DNA of 64,000 nucleotides from Bacteroidota bacterium (GCA_003151815.1 PLYN01000045.1:126511-190510), one strand, 5' to 3'; positions 30,294-40,584 are shown, counted from the first letter of the stretch. Numbers and translations are program-made. Notes: a model not told the origin generated them from the sequence alone.

Positions 30294-31793
30294 ATGGCAA
30301 CAACCATCGTATTTGTCCATGGCTATAGTGTTACCAATCTAAACACATATGGCGAACTTCCTATACGCTTGCGCGAAGAAGCAAAACAAGCTGGACTCAA
30401 CATCCAAGTAGAAGAAATTTTTCTCGGGCGTTATATTAGTTTTAATGACGACGTGCGTTTAAATGATATTTCAAGAGCCTTTAAAACTGCAGTAAACGAA
30501 CAGTTATCTGATATGTTGAATGCCGGCAATCGTTTTGTATGCATCACCCATTCTACCGGTGGACCTGTTATTCGTAACTGGTGGAGCCGTTATTGTAAAA
30601 ACTCCGACAAACCCTGCCCTATGAGCCATTTAATTATGCTGGCACCGGCTAATTTTGGTTCAGCATTAGCCCAATTAGGCAAAGGGAAATTAAGTCGTTT
30701 AAAATCCTGGTTTGATGGTGTAGAGCCTGGTCAGGGAGTTTTAAACTGGTTGGAATTAGGTAGCGCTGAAGCTTGGGAGCTTAACAAAGAATGGATTATA
30801 AGTAATGGTAAGCAAATAGGAAGCGATGGAATTTTTCCATTTGTACTAGCCGGACAAACCATTGACCGCAAGTTGTTCGACCACTTAAATACCTATACCG
30901 GCGAATTGGGTTCAGATGGTGTAGTACGTGTTGCCACTACCAATTTGAATGCACGTTATATAAAATTGATGCAGCCAATACCGACAAAAAATGAAAATGG
31001 ATTTGAAGTTATCGAATATAATCAGGCACCTGCAACAGCAACACGAGTAATTTCAGGAAAATCACACAGTGGAGATGATATAGGAATAATGAAAAGTGTG
31101 AAAAAAGAACTGAGCGATTCCGATAGCAGCGAAACACTTAAGGCAATTATCAATTGTATTCGGGTAACAAATAATGCTCAATACAATGCATTAACATTGC
31201 AATTTATAAATGAAACAGAACAAGTACAACAACAAGAATTAGTGGAAACAGAAAAAGAGATATTTCTGAAAGAAAGAGATTTTATACACGATAAATTTTC
31301 ACAGGTAATTTTTAGAGTGCGTGATACCGAAGGTTATCCTGTTACTGATTACGATCTTATTTTAACTGCAGGTCCTCAGAATGATGCCAACCATCTTCCT
31401 GAAGATTTCGTTGTAGATAAACAAAAAAATTATGTCACTCCTGAAACATTAACCTACTTTTTTAATTACAATATAATGAATGGATTTCCCGCCATAAAAA
31501 ATTCTAAAGGAGAAATTATACGCGATGCAATTGAAAAAACAGAAAGCATGGGATTAGAAATTTACCCTCGTCCGGATAACGGATTCATGCGTTACCTTCC
31601 TTACAAAATAAAAGCAAACGCCGACCTCCTGCAAAAAGCATTAAGTCCCAACAACACGACTTTAATTGATATTGTTATGCAACGTATTGTGAGTAAAGAA
31701 GTATTCCGATTAACAAAAGTTGGAGACTCAATGCCAACAACAAACGAAGGTGATTTTAAAGATGTGGAACCGGGAAATGAGATCGTGGAATAG
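30294..31793 (+). CDS. Alpha/beta-hydrolase-fold protein (lipase/esterase-like, nucleophile elbow ITHSTGG) with an uncharacterised C-terminal domain of about 300 aa
   Basis: No signal peptide; N-terminus VFVHGY...ITHSTGG resembles GHSxG hydrolases. The C-terminal half has no recognisable motif. Confidence 0.45.
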   Translation: MATTIVFVHGYSVTNLNTYGELPIRLREEAKQAGLNIQVEEIFLGRYISFNDDVRLNDISRAFKTAVNEQLSDMLNAGNRFVCITHSTGGPVIRNWWSRYCKNSDKPCPMSHLIMLAPANFGSALAQLGKGKLSRLKSWFDGVEPGQGVLNWLELGSAEAWELNKEWIISNGKQIGSDGIFPFVLAGQTIDRKLFDHLNTYTGELGSDGVVRVATTNLNARYIKLMQPIPTKNENGFEVIEYNQAPATATRVISGKSHSGDDIGIMKSVKKELSDSDSSETLKAIINCIRVTNNAQYNALTLQFINETEQVQQQELVETEKEIFLKERDFIHDKFSQVIFRVRDTEGYPVTDYDLILTAGPQNDANHLPEDFVVDKQKNYVTPETLTYFFNYNIMNGFPAIKNSKGEIIRDAIEKTESMGLEIYPRPDNGFMRYLPYKIKANADLLQKALSPNNTTLIDIVMQRIVSKEVFRLTKVGDSMPTTNEGDFKDVEPGNEIVE

Positions 31794-31817
31794 TAAAGAT
31801 TTCTTTTTTTATTACAA

Positions 31818-31853
31818 AAAACTTTAAACTTTGAACTTTCTAACTTTGAACTT
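31818..31853. repeat. AAAGTT-family repeat (AACTTT orientation) containing TAACTTTG (31841-31848) 11 nt upstream of the yraN ATG
   Basis: aaaactttaaactttgaactttctaactttgaactt. Confidence 0.55.
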
Positions 31854-31859
31854 AAAATA

Positions 31860-32225
31860 ATGGCAGAACATAATGAAACAGGCACTAAAGGAGAGGAATT
31901 GGCCGCCACATTTTTAGCAAACAAGGGATATATTATACTTGAAAAAAACTGGAGATTTAAAAATCTGGAGGCCGATATAATAGCAACTATTTCTAAAACA
32001 TTAATTATTGCTGAAGTGAAAACACGCAAAAGCAATTATTTTGGAGAGCCCGAAACATTCGTTAACAAACAAAAACAAAGCAATCTGATCAAAGTTGCGC
32101 AAAGTTATATTGAACGCAACAACCTGGATCTGGAAGTTCGCTTTGATATTATTTCGGTTACTACAGGCAACAATCAAACTACAATAAATCACATTGAGGA
32201 TGCCTTTTACCCTAAGGTTCATTAA
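31860..32225 (+). CDS. YraN-family (UPF0102) PD-(D/E)xK endonuclease-like protein
   Basis: GTKGEELAATFLANKGYIILEKNWRFKNLEADIIA is a typical YraN N-terminus. Confidence 0.8.
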   Translation: MAEHNETGTKGEELAATFLANKGYIILEKNWRFKNLEADIIATISKTLIIAEVKTRKSNYFGEPETFVNKQKQSNLIKVAQSYIERNNLDLEVRFDIISVTTGNNQTTINHIEDAFYPKVH

Positions 32226-32257
32226 TTAAATACAGTTCATTTTATAGTTCTATTCTA

Positions 32258-33856
32258 TTGGCTTTGCGTATCTTTGCAAAAAACAAAAAGATGGCAAAAG
32301 TATTCAAACGTAGCGGTAGCAAAGATTTTTCTGCAAAAGGTTCAGCAGGAAAAGGCAAAAGCAAATTCAGTGCAAAAAAAGATCCCCGCGATAGTTCAGA
32401 GAAAAAAACTTCATATAGTCGTCCCAACGATGATTCACGCCCTTCCGGAAAATTTAAAGCTAAGGACGAAAAAGGCTTCAACAGCGATAAAGCACCTGAA
32501 TCTAAAAAAACCAGAATAGATAAACGTGATAACAAACCTGTTTTTGAACGTTTCCGCGATGATTCACGCCCCTCTGATTTTGGTACTTCTAAAAATCGTG
32601 GCACATCCAATTATAACGATTCCCACAAAAAAAGCGATTCAGATAAACCGCCTTTCAAGAAAAAATATGACGATGGTGATGAAAAGCCATCATTCAGAGA
32701 TAGAAGCGATGATAAACCAAGATCATTTAATAAAAAACCTTTTTCAGATAAACCTGCTTTCAAGAAAAGGCGTGATGATGGCGATAACAAACCCTCTTTC
32801 AGAGAAAGCAGTGATGACAAACCAAGATCATTTAATAAAAAACCTTTTTCTGAGAAGCCTGCTTTCAAGAAAAGGCGTGATGATGGTGATAACAAACCAT
32901 CTTTAAAAGAAAGAGAAAATAACACACCAAGATCATTTGGTAAAAAACCATTTTCTGAGAAGCCTGCTTTTGTTAGAAAAAGCGACGGAGTGAATTCCAA
33001 TGATTTGAAGGAAAGTGATTTTGAATATGACAATGAAAAACCAAAATACAACGGTAATAGCGGAAGACCATTTAAAAAATCGAAACCATCAACCAACAAA
33101 AAATCAGGATCTTCAACTCCTCAAAGAGAAACAGATGATGGCTTGATTCGTCTTAATAAATATCTCTCAAATGCGGGTATTTGCTCACGCAGAGAGGCTG
33201 ATGATCTGATTTCTTCAGGTGTAGTTCAGGTAAATGGAAAAACGATAACCGAGGGATACAGGGTAAAGCCGACTGACATTGTTAAATACGGTGGTCAAAC
33301 ATTAAAAAAAGAGCGCCTTGTATATTTAATTTTAAACAAGCCGAAAGATTATATCACTACCGTTGATGATCCTCAAGAACGCAGAACAGTTTTAGAATTA
33401 GTACAAGATGCCTGCAAAGAACGCATTTATCCTGTTGGCCGTTTAGATAGAGCTACCACAGGTTTGCTGATGTTCACCAATGATGGCGACCTAACAAAAA
33501 AATTAACTCACCCACGTTACGGTGTTCGAAAAATTTACCACGTTGAACTTGATAAACCACTAAAAAAAGTGGATTTAGAAAAAATTTCGGAAGGCATTGA
33601 ACTGGAAGATGGTCCTATCAAAGTGGATGAAGTTAGCTATGTGGGCGATGGCGCAGACAAAACACAAGTAGGTGTTGAAATACACTCAGGCAAAAACCGT
33701 ATCGTTCGCAGAATATTTGAACACATGGGTTACAACGTTAGAAAACTTGATAGAGTAATGTTTGGTTCATTAACAAAAAAAGATCTGCCTCGAGGCCGCT
33801 GGAGAATACTTTCTGACGCTGAAGTGGGAATGTTGAAGATGATCAGCGCTGATTAA
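32258..33856 (+). CDS. rluB: Pseudouridine synthase RluB-like (S4 + PseudoU_synth_2) with an N-terminal K/R/D-rich low-complexity extension of about 290 aa
   Basis: S4 domain (IRLNKYLSNAGICSRREADDLISSGVVQVNGK) and catalytic GRLDRATTGLLMFTNDG motif in the C-terminal half. Confidence 0.8.
   Translation: MALRIFAKNKKMAKVFKRSGSKDFSAKGSAGKGKSKFSAKKDPRDSSEKKTSYSRPNDDSRPSGKFKAKDEKGFNSDKAPESKKTRIDKRDNKPVFERFRDDSRPSDFGTSKNRGTSNYNDSHKKSDSDKPPFKKKYDDGDEKPSFRDRSDDKPRSFNKKPFSDKPAFKKRRDDGDNKPSFRESSDDKPRSFNKKPFSEKPAFKKRRDDGDNKPSLKERENNTPRSFGKKPFSEKPAFVRKSDGVNSNDLKESDFEYDNEKPKYNGNSGRPFKKSKPSTNKKSGSSTPQRETDDGLIRLNKYLSNAGICSRREADDLISSGVVQVNGKTITEGYRVKPTDIVKYGGQTLKKERLVYLILNKPKDYITTVDDPQERRTVLELVQDACKERIYPVGRLDRATTGLLMFTNDGDLTKKLTHPRYGVRKIYHVELDKPLKKVDLEKISEGIELEDGPIKVDEVSYVGDGADKTQVGVEIHSGKNRIVRRIFEHMGYNVRKLDRVMFGSLTKKDLPRGRWRILSDAEVGMLKMISAD
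32657..32971 (+). repeat. Three tandem 105-bp repeats (35-aa units KK(R/K)xDDGD(E/N)KPSF...PRSFNKKPFS(D/E)KPAF) inside the rluB N-terminal extension
   Basis: Repeats visible at both the protein and DNA level. Confidence 0.7.
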
Positions 33857-33942
33857 TTTTTTAACATACTAAACTTATCCACCTTTCGTTATTGATAACA
33901 TCTTTCGACTATACAAAAGTTGACACTGTTTTTTTATAAACT

Positions 33943-36627
33943 TTGTATTGTAAAAAGGATATTCGAATGAATAACGAAAACGAAGTAGATCCTCAATTAC
34001 CTTCTAATAAAAAATCACCACTGATATTTCGTATGCTGTGGCGGTTCATTATTTTCTTATTTATTTTATTTGCTTTTGTTTTTACCGGAGCCTTACTAGT
34101 TGGTTATTATTACCAGGATGAAGTAAAAGGATATGTGATTTCGGAATTGAACAAACATCTCAATACCGAAATCATTGTGGATGGCAAAGATATTGATTTT
34201 ACTCTTATCAAAAATTTTCCTTATGCCTCGGTCGACTTCAAAAATGTAAAAGCACTGGATGCGGTAAAAACAAAAGACAAAGACACCCTATTCACAGCAG
34301 GAAAAATATCTCTTCAATTTAATATTGTTGATGTTTTTCATAAAAACTATCATGTAAAAAAAATAAAAATTGATGATGCTGATCTGAAAATCCGAATAGA
34401 TAAAAACGGAAATGATAATTATCATTTTTGGAGATCATCACCGGAAACAGACTCTACCGCTTTTTCTTTTGCACTGGAAGAAATCATTTTAAATCACATT
34501 CAATTTTCTTTCAAGAATTACAGAACAAAACAAAGCGCCGATGTATTAATTAACAATAGCAAACTATCCGGACATTTCTCTACCGAAAAACATTCATTGG
34601 AAATCGAAAGTAATATCCTTATAAACCGAATTGTAACAGACGGCAGAACGTATCTACGCAAAAAAAATATTCAAGTCGAACTTGCATTGGAAGTGGATAA
34701 TACAATTCAATCCTATAAAATAAAAAAAGGGAAAATTAAAATAGAAAATTTACTATTCGAGGTCGTGGGCAATGTGATGAACGAAAGTCAGGCTGGCAAC
34801 GAACTGATCGTGAACATTGGCGTTCGGGGTGAAAATATGGATATAAGATCTGTATTGTCTATCATCCCAAATCAGTATAAAGACAGAATTAATGATTACG
34901 AAAGTAATGGTGAATTTTATTTTGATGCAGTGGTAAAAGGTAGTTTATCTGAAAATAAAATGCCATTCATTGAAGCTAATTTTGGAATTAAAAATGCAGA
35001 TATCACACACATAAAAAACAACATTGTTTTGCATGATGTGAATTTAAAAGCTCGTTATTCTAACGGAAACAAAGCCAATGCTGAAACATCATTATTAGAA
35101 TTAACCGCTTTTTCTGCCACCATAAATAACGGTTCTGTTGCAGGTGAATTATTAATCAATAATTTAAATGATCCTTCTGTTGAGGCAAAAATAAAAGCAA
35201 ATATCAGTTTGGAAGAATTACAAAAATTTATAAAAATTGACACTATCGAAAGTATCACCGGGCAATTAAAAATGAACGCTTCGTTTAACGGGAAATGGAA
35301 TAATATTAATTCTACAAACTATCAAGACATCACTGCAAAGGGTAATTTGGCAATCACAGACATGAACGTAAAGTTGAAAAACAATTCCCTGGAGTTTACC
35401 AATATCAATGGGGATTTTAATTTCAATAACAATGATTTAATGGTAAATGAATTGAAAGGAAATATTGCAAATAGTGATTTTGATCTGAAAGGAATTTTTA
35501 AGAATAGTATCGGCTTTGCTTTAAACGAAAATCAGGACATCACTATAGAAGCTACTCTTCATTCAAAAAATATTGATCTTAATGAATTGCTTGCAAACAA
35601 AGAAGAAAAAAAACAATCGACAAGTAAATATAAACTTAAATTTTCGGAACATTTGAATGTAAATCTGGTTAGTGAAATTGAGCATCTGTCGTTCAGGAAA
35701 TTTGATGCAACCGATATCAGGGGGATCATTATTCTAAAAGATAAAAAATTGATGGCTGACCCGATACAACTTTCTACCATGAATGGAAACATCACTGTTA
35801 GCGGATTAGTGGACGGAAGTGATTCAACAAAATTATTGATCACCTGTTTTTCTGATGTCAATAAAATAAATGTTTCTAAATTATTTACATCCTTCGAAAA
35901 TTTCACCCAATCATCCATCACAGATCAAAATATCAAAGGATTGGTTACCGCTAAAATTCAATTTGCATCGGTGCTTAGCCCTGAATTAACTACAGATATG
36001 AGTAAATTAATCGCAACTATAGATATGACAATTGAAAATGGAGAGTTGAACAATGTAGAATCTATGAAAAGTTTGTCGCGTTTTATTGAATTGAAAGAAT
36101 TGAACAGCATTCGTTTTGCAACACTTAAAAATTCCTTCGAAATAAAAAATCAAATCCTTTCATTCCCAAAAATGGAAATTAAATCAAGTGCTATAAATAT
36201 TACCCTTTCCGGAACTCATACCTTTAACAATGATATTAATTATAAAATAAAACTATCATTGAATGATCTATTATCTAAGAAAGCGAAGAAAGCAAAAAAA
36301 GAAAATAATGAATTTGGAGAATTGGCTGATGATGGGCTTGGACGCACTAATATTTTTTTAACAATGACCGGCACTGTTGAACATCCAATTATAAAATATG
36401 ACAGCAAAGGAGCAATTCAGAATATGAAAATTGAGTTAAAAAAAGAAAAGAATACCTTAAAAACCATATTGAAAGAGGAGTTCGGACTCTTTAAAAAAGA
36501 TACAACCTTAAATAGAAAAACTAAAAAAGAAGAAACTAAATTCATTATCAAATGGGACGAAGTCGATAAAAAAGAAGAAAAAAAAGAATTGAAATTGCCG
36601 AAAAAGAAAGAAGACGACGATTTTTAA
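33943..36627 (+). CDS. AsmA-family / TamB-like outer-membrane biogenesis protein
   Basis: N-terminal TM anchor, long beta-rich body, K/E-rich C-terminal tail. The start is possibly the Met at 33967. Confidence 0.65.
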   Translation: MYCKKDIRMNNENEVDPQLPSNKKSPLIFRMLWRFIIFLFILFAFVFTGALLVGYYYQDEVKGYVISELNKHLNTEIIVDGKDIDFTLIKNFPYASVDFKNVKALDAVKTKDKDTLFTAGKISLQFNIVDVFHKNYHVKKIKIDDADLKIRIDKNGNDNYHFWRSSPETDSTAFSFALEEIILNHIQFSFKNYRTKQSADVLINNSKLSGHFSTEKHSLEIESNILINRIVTDGRTYLRKKNIQVELALEVDNTIQSYKIKKGKIKIENLLFEVVGNVMNESQAGNELIVNIGVRGENMDIRSVLSIIPNQYKDRINDYESNGEFYFDAVVKGSLSENKMPFIEANFGIKNADITHIKNNIVLHDVNLKARYSNGNKANAETSLLELTAFSATINNGSVAGELLINNLNDPSVEAKIKANISLEELQKFIKIDTIESITGQLKMNASFNGKWNNINSTNYQDITAKGNLAITDMNVKLKNNSLEFTNINGDFNFNNNDLMVNELKGNIANSDFDLKGIFKNSIGFALNENQDITIEATLHSKNIDLNELLANKEEKKQSTSKYKLKFSEHLNVNLVSEIEHLSFRKFDATDIRGIIILKDKKLMADPIQLSTMNGNITVSGLVDGSDSTKLLITCFSDVNKINVSKLFTSFENFTQSSITDQNIKGLVTAKIQFASVLSPELTTDMSKLIATIDMTIENGELNNVESMKSLSRFIELKELNSIRFATLKNSFEIKNQILSFPKMEIKSSAINITLSGTHTFNNDINYKIKLSLNDLLSKKAKKAKKENNEFGELADDGLGRTNIFLTMTGTVEHPIIKYDSKGAIQNMKIELKKEKNTLKTILKEEFGLFKKDTTLNRKTKKEETKFIIKWDEVDKKEEKKELKLPKKKEDDDF

Positions 36628-36651
36628 TTCGATAGAATTTTGTACCTACCG

Positions 36652-36706
36652 CTGGTCAGGATTTATAATCCTGACCAAAGAGCTTGCAGATTTGAAATCT
36701 GCAAGT
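36652..36706. repeat. Dispersed palindrome TGGTCAGGATTTATAATCCTGACCAAAGA (copy 2) immediately followed by a second hairpin CTTGCAGATTTGAAATCTGCAAG
   Basis: 29/30 identical to 11236-11264; second perfect 10-bp-arm hairpin at 36683-36705. Confidence 0.6.
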
Positions 36707-36811
36707 ATAAATTAAAAAACAGATCTTAAACTTATTCAATTTGATTTGCAAATCCAACCCAACTCAATAAAAAAATACTAAATTCGTAATACTAAAATAA
36801 ATTTTATCCTC

Positions 36812-38314
36812 GTGAGTATCTATTCAAAAAAACAACAATGGAAGTTATGGCTGTTTATGACTGCTGTAATTATTTTTGGTGCCTCATTATGGTATACCAA
36901 TGTTTTGGTGAATAAAATTGCGAAAGAAGAACGTAAAAAAGTAAAATTATGGGCGGATGCTATTCAGAAAAAAGCAAATCTTGTAAAATACACCAACGAA
37001 TTATTTAATAAGATAAAAACAGACGAGCGAAAAAAAGTAGAACTGTGGGCAGAAGCAACCAAACAACTATCAAAAGATCTGAGCGATTACAGTTTTGTAT
37101 TAAAAGTAGTTTCCGATAATACAACCGTACCCGTTATACTTGCTGATGAAAACAGAACGCCGCTCACCTCCCGAAATTTAGATCCTAAAAAAGAGAATGA
37201 TAAAGCTTATTTAATAGCACAAATGAAGGAAATGCGCGAAGTTCAAGAGCCTATTAAGATAGATGTCTATCGAGGAAAAAAAAATTATCTCTACTACAAA
37301 GACTCTAAACTTTTTTCAGAATTAAAAACAGTATTGGATGATCTGGTAAAATCATTTATTTCTGAAGTTGCCGTAAACTCTGCATCTGTCCCTGTTATTT
37401 ATACCGATTCAACCAAAATGAATGTGATTGCTTCCGGCAATATCGACTCATCAAAAATACATGACACCACTTTCTTGAAAACAACCTTAATAACCATGAG
37501 CTCCCAAAATCAGCCCATTGAAGTTGAGTTTGGCGATGGCAGTAAAAGTTATATTTTCTATCAGGAGTCTAAACTTTTAACACAATTAAAATATTATCCT
37601 TATGTGATGTTTGGTACTATTGGTATGTTTTTATTAATTGCCTATTTACTTTTCAGTACAGCACGAAAAGTAGAACAAAACCAGGTATGGGTAGGAATGG
37701 CAAAAGAAACAGCCCATCAGCTGGGAACACCGCTGTCTGCCTTAATTGCCTGGCTTGAATATTTGAGATCCACCGGACTGAATCCTGAAACAGCAACCGA
37801 AATAGAAAAAGATATTAAACGTTTGGAAACGATTACTGAACGTTTTTCAAAAATTGGTTCCATTCCTAAATTAGATTATGTTGATCTTCTTCCGGTATTA
37901 AATGAGTCGGTAAATTATATTAAATTAAGAACTTCAAAAAATGTACTATTTACAATTGATACAGACAATCAAACAGAAGTGTTAGCACAATTAAACGTCC
38001 CCCTGTTTGAATGGGTGATTGAAAATTTATGTAGAAATGCTGTCGATGCGATGAATGGAAATGGATCGATTACCATTAAACTTTCTGACCAGACTCAATA
38101 TGTATACATTGATATTACAGATACTGGCAAAGGAATTCCGAAATCAAAATACAAAACCATCTTCGAGCCTGGTTTCACTACCAAAGAACGCGGTTGGGGC
38201 TTAGGCTTGTCACTCACTAAACGGATCATAGAAAATTATCATTCAGGAAAAATATTTGTAAAAAATTCCGAAATCGATAAAGGAACAACCTTTAGGATCG
38301 TGTTGAATAAATGA
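36812..38314 (+). CDS. Membrane-anchored sensor histidine kinase (HisKA + HATPase_c), orphan
   Basis: N-terminal TM, internal repeated ERKKV(K/E)LWA(D/E)A motif, H-box ETAHQLGTPLSAL, G-boxes (DTGKGIP; GWGLGLS). Confidence 0.8.
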   Translation: MSIYSKKQQWKLWLFMTAVIIFGASLWYTNVLVNKIAKEERKKVKLWADAIQKKANLVKYTNELFNKIKTDERKKVELWAEATKQLSKDLSDYSFVLKVVSDNTTVPVILADENRTPLTSRNLDPKKENDKAYLIAQMKEMREVQEPIKIDVYRGKKNYLYYKDSKLFSELKTVLDDLVKSFISEVAVNSASVPVIYTDSTKMNVIASGNIDSSKIHDTTFLKTTLITMSSQNQPIEVEFGDGSKSYIFYQESKLLTQLKYYPYVMFGTIGMFLLIAYLLFSTARKVEQNQVWVGMAKETAHQLGTPLSALIAWLEYLRSTGLNPETATEIEKDIKRLETITERFSKIGSIPKLDYVDLLPVLNESVNYIKLRTSKNVLFTIDTDNQTEVLAQLNVPLFEWVIENLCRNAVDAMNGNGSITIKLSDQTQYVYIDITDTGKGIPKSKYKTIFEPGFTTKERGWGLGLSLTKRIIENYHSGKIFVKNSEIDKGTTFRIVLNK

Positions 38315-38374
38315 TATTGATGCGCTAATTATTCGATGTGCTAATTAAACAATAATTTCATTTACGAAGCAATT

Positions 38375-38409
38375 CCCCCTTTTAAAGGGGGCTGGGGGAT
38401 TATTTTTTT
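38375..38409 (+). terminator. GC-rich hairpin (CCCCCTTT-T-AAAGGGGG, then CTGGGGG) followed by a T-run
   Basis: ccccctttt aaagggggctgggggattattttttt; shares the GGGGCTGGGGG core with 29353-29373. Confidence 0.55.
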
Positions 38410-38444
38410 CAATCAGCACATTAATTAATCAGCATATCAAACCA

Positions 38445-39614
38445 ATGGCAGGCATTTACATTCATATTCCTTTTTGCAAACAAGCCTGTCATTATTGCGA
38501 TTTCCATTTTTCTACTTCACTGAAAAACAAAGATGCCTTTTTGCTTGCGCTGCAAAAAGAAATAGTGTTACAGAAAGATTACCTCAGCAATCCTATCATT
38601 AAAGCAGAAGAGCCGATTGAAATAAATACGATTTATTTTGGCGGAGGCACACCATCTATCCTTTCTCAAAAAGAATTGATGAACATTTTTGATTCACTTC
38701 ACCAACATTACACAATTAGCGGAGATGCAGAAATTACATTGGAAGCCAATCCCGATGATTTAACAATAGCTAAAATAAAGGAGCTAAAAAACACTCCTGT
38801 CAATCGTTTAAGCATCGGGATCCAAAGTTTTTATGATGAGGATCTAAAGATGATGAACAGAGCGCATAACTCAAAAGAAGCATTAAGGGTTGTAAAAGAT
38901 TCTCAAGATAAGGGGTTTGAAAACATTACAATCGATCTGATCTACGGAATCCCTACTTTGTCAACTAAAAATTGGAAACAAAATTTACAGACTGCATTTG
39001 AGCTAAATGTTAAACATATTTCAGCCTATTGCTTAACGATAGAGCCTAAAACAACTCTGGCTCACCTGGTGAAAGAAGGAAAAATAAATAATGTAGACGA
39101 GCAAAAAAGTGCCGAACATTTTGAAATAATGTTAGCGGAAATGCGGAAAAATAATTTTGAACAATATGAGATCTCAAATTTTTGTAAAGACAATTGTTAT
39201 TCAAAACACAACAGTAATTATTGGCTAAAAAAAAACTATTTGGGCTTGGGTCCTTCTGCACATTCATACAATGGAACAAGCAGACAATGGAATATTGCTA
39301 ACAATGCATTATATATTCGATCATTTGAAAAAGATTTTGATGCAGGCAAGCAATCGCGATTTGAAGAAGAAACATTAACAACATCACAACAATACAACGA
39401 ATATATTTTAACCACCTTGCGCACCATGTGGGGAACAGATTTGAAGTATATTGAAAATGTTTTCGGAAACGATTATTTGTCTTCCTGTTTAATAGAAGCA
39501 GATAAATATATTCTCTTAGGTGATATCAGAAAAGAAAACGATAAATTATTTTTAAATGATAAAGGAAAATTAATTGCCGATAAAATTGCAAGTGATTTAT
39601 TTGTCGTTGATTAA
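38445..39614 (+). CDS. hemW: Radical-SAM heme chaperone HemW (HemN-like)
   Basis: CxxxCxxC motif in IPFCKQACHYCDF; about 389 aa. Confidence 0.85.
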   Translation: MAGIYIHIPFCKQACHYCDFHFSTSLKNKDAFLLALQKEIVLQKDYLSNPIIKAEEPIEINTIYFGGGTPSILSQKELMNIFDSLHQHYTISGDAEITLEANPDDLTIAKIKELKNTPVNRLSIGIQSFYDEDLKMMNRAHNSKEALRVVKDSQDKGFENITIDLIYGIPTLSTKNWKQNLQTAFELNVKHISAYCLTIEPKTTLAHLVKEGKINNVDEQKSAEHFEIMLAEMRKNNFEQYEISNFCKDNCYSKHNSNYWLKKNYLGLGPSAHSYNGTSRQWNIANNALYIRSFEKDFDAGKQSRFEEETLTTSQQYNEYILTTLRTMWGTDLKYIENVFGNDYLSSCLIEADKYILLGDIRKENDKLFLNDKGKLIADKIASDLFVVD

Positions 39615-39615
39615 A

Positions 39616-40584
39616 TTATTCCTTCTTTTCGAGATCCATCCGAATTCGATAAGCCAAGCCAATATTAATGACCGGATAATTTTTTATTGGGCCATAAACA
39701 GGGTTATTCACCGTTTCCAATTCTTTCGTGTTATATTTATACTGTAAGGGATTTTTTCCAAGGCTATACCCAAGTTCAGCAAACAATAATATTTTTTTAT
39801 ATACAAAATAATCTACAAATAATTTTAATTGTATCTCATTGTAACGCACATAATCATACCCTTCTAATTTAGATAATCGAAAAGAACGTGTAAAAGATCT
39901 TAAACCAAAGCCCGTGTATAACTTATTTTTTATAGCATTAATTTCTATTCTATAATTTGTTGGCAAAACGCCATACATATTAATTCTATCATTTATTCTC
40001 CAATCTACTCCAACTAGCGGTATAAAAAAATTACCAAAATATTCGCGATTATAATATAAACCTGCCTTTATTTTGAGCTTTTCGTTAGGTATATATGTTT
40101 GTAAAAATACTCCTCCATATTGATAATCGTGCTTGTCAATAACATCTTTAAAATCCGATGAAAGCTTTTGAAGAGACATCACCACAGTATTCCATTTTTT
40201 ATTTGTTGAAACAAATCTAAAACCAATCGGTAATGTTAACATATATAATTTTGATGAATAAGCCAAGTCAGACATAATTGACGAATTCATCATTTCACTG
40301 TTTAATCCCAACAATAAAACATTACCGTTTTTATACTGTTTGGGTAAAAATAAATTGAAAAAATAATCATCTGTTTTATTTTTTGATTTTGCATTATCTT
40401 TATATTGAGAGGAAAATGTTTGATAGCTAAAACTAGTTACATCAATAAAAGGTTGAGAGAATCCTTTGAAAGTGATCATAAAAAAAAGAGGAAATAAAAC
40501 GAGGAGGGGACGAAAAATTTGATTATTTAAAAAACTCGGCTTATTAAAATTAACAATGCTTTTGAGTAAATTCAGAACATTCAT
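39616..40584 (-). CDS. Hypothetical membrane / outer-membrane beta-barrel-like protein downstream of the PorP/SprF gene
   Basis: Hydrophobic N-terminus (RPLLVLFPLFFMITFKGFSQ), Tyr/Gly-rich alternating patterns, no recognisable catalytic motif. Confidence 0.35.
   Translation of the reverse strand: MNVLNLLKSIVNFNKPSFLNNQIFRPLLVLFPLFFMITFKGFSQPFIDVTSFSYQTFSSQYKDNAKSKNKTDDYFFNLFLPKQYKNGNVLLLGLNSEMMNSSIMSDLAYSSKLYMLTLPIGFRFVSTNKKWNTVVMSLQKLSSDFKDVIDKHDYQYGGVFLQTYIPNEKLKIKAGLYYNREYFGNFFIPLVGVDWRINDRINMYGVLPTNYRIEINAIKNKLYTGFGLRSFTRSFRLSKLEGYDYVRYNEIQLKLFVDYFVYKKILLFAELGYSLGKNPLQYKYNTKELETVNNPVYGPIKNYPVINIGLAYRIRMDLEKKE

Noticed and set aside
32242-33099. Four overlapping ORFs (both strands) across the rluB N-terminal extension
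   Set aside because: They arise from low-complexity 105-bp tandem repeats; only the + frame continues into the S4/pseudouridine-synthase core.
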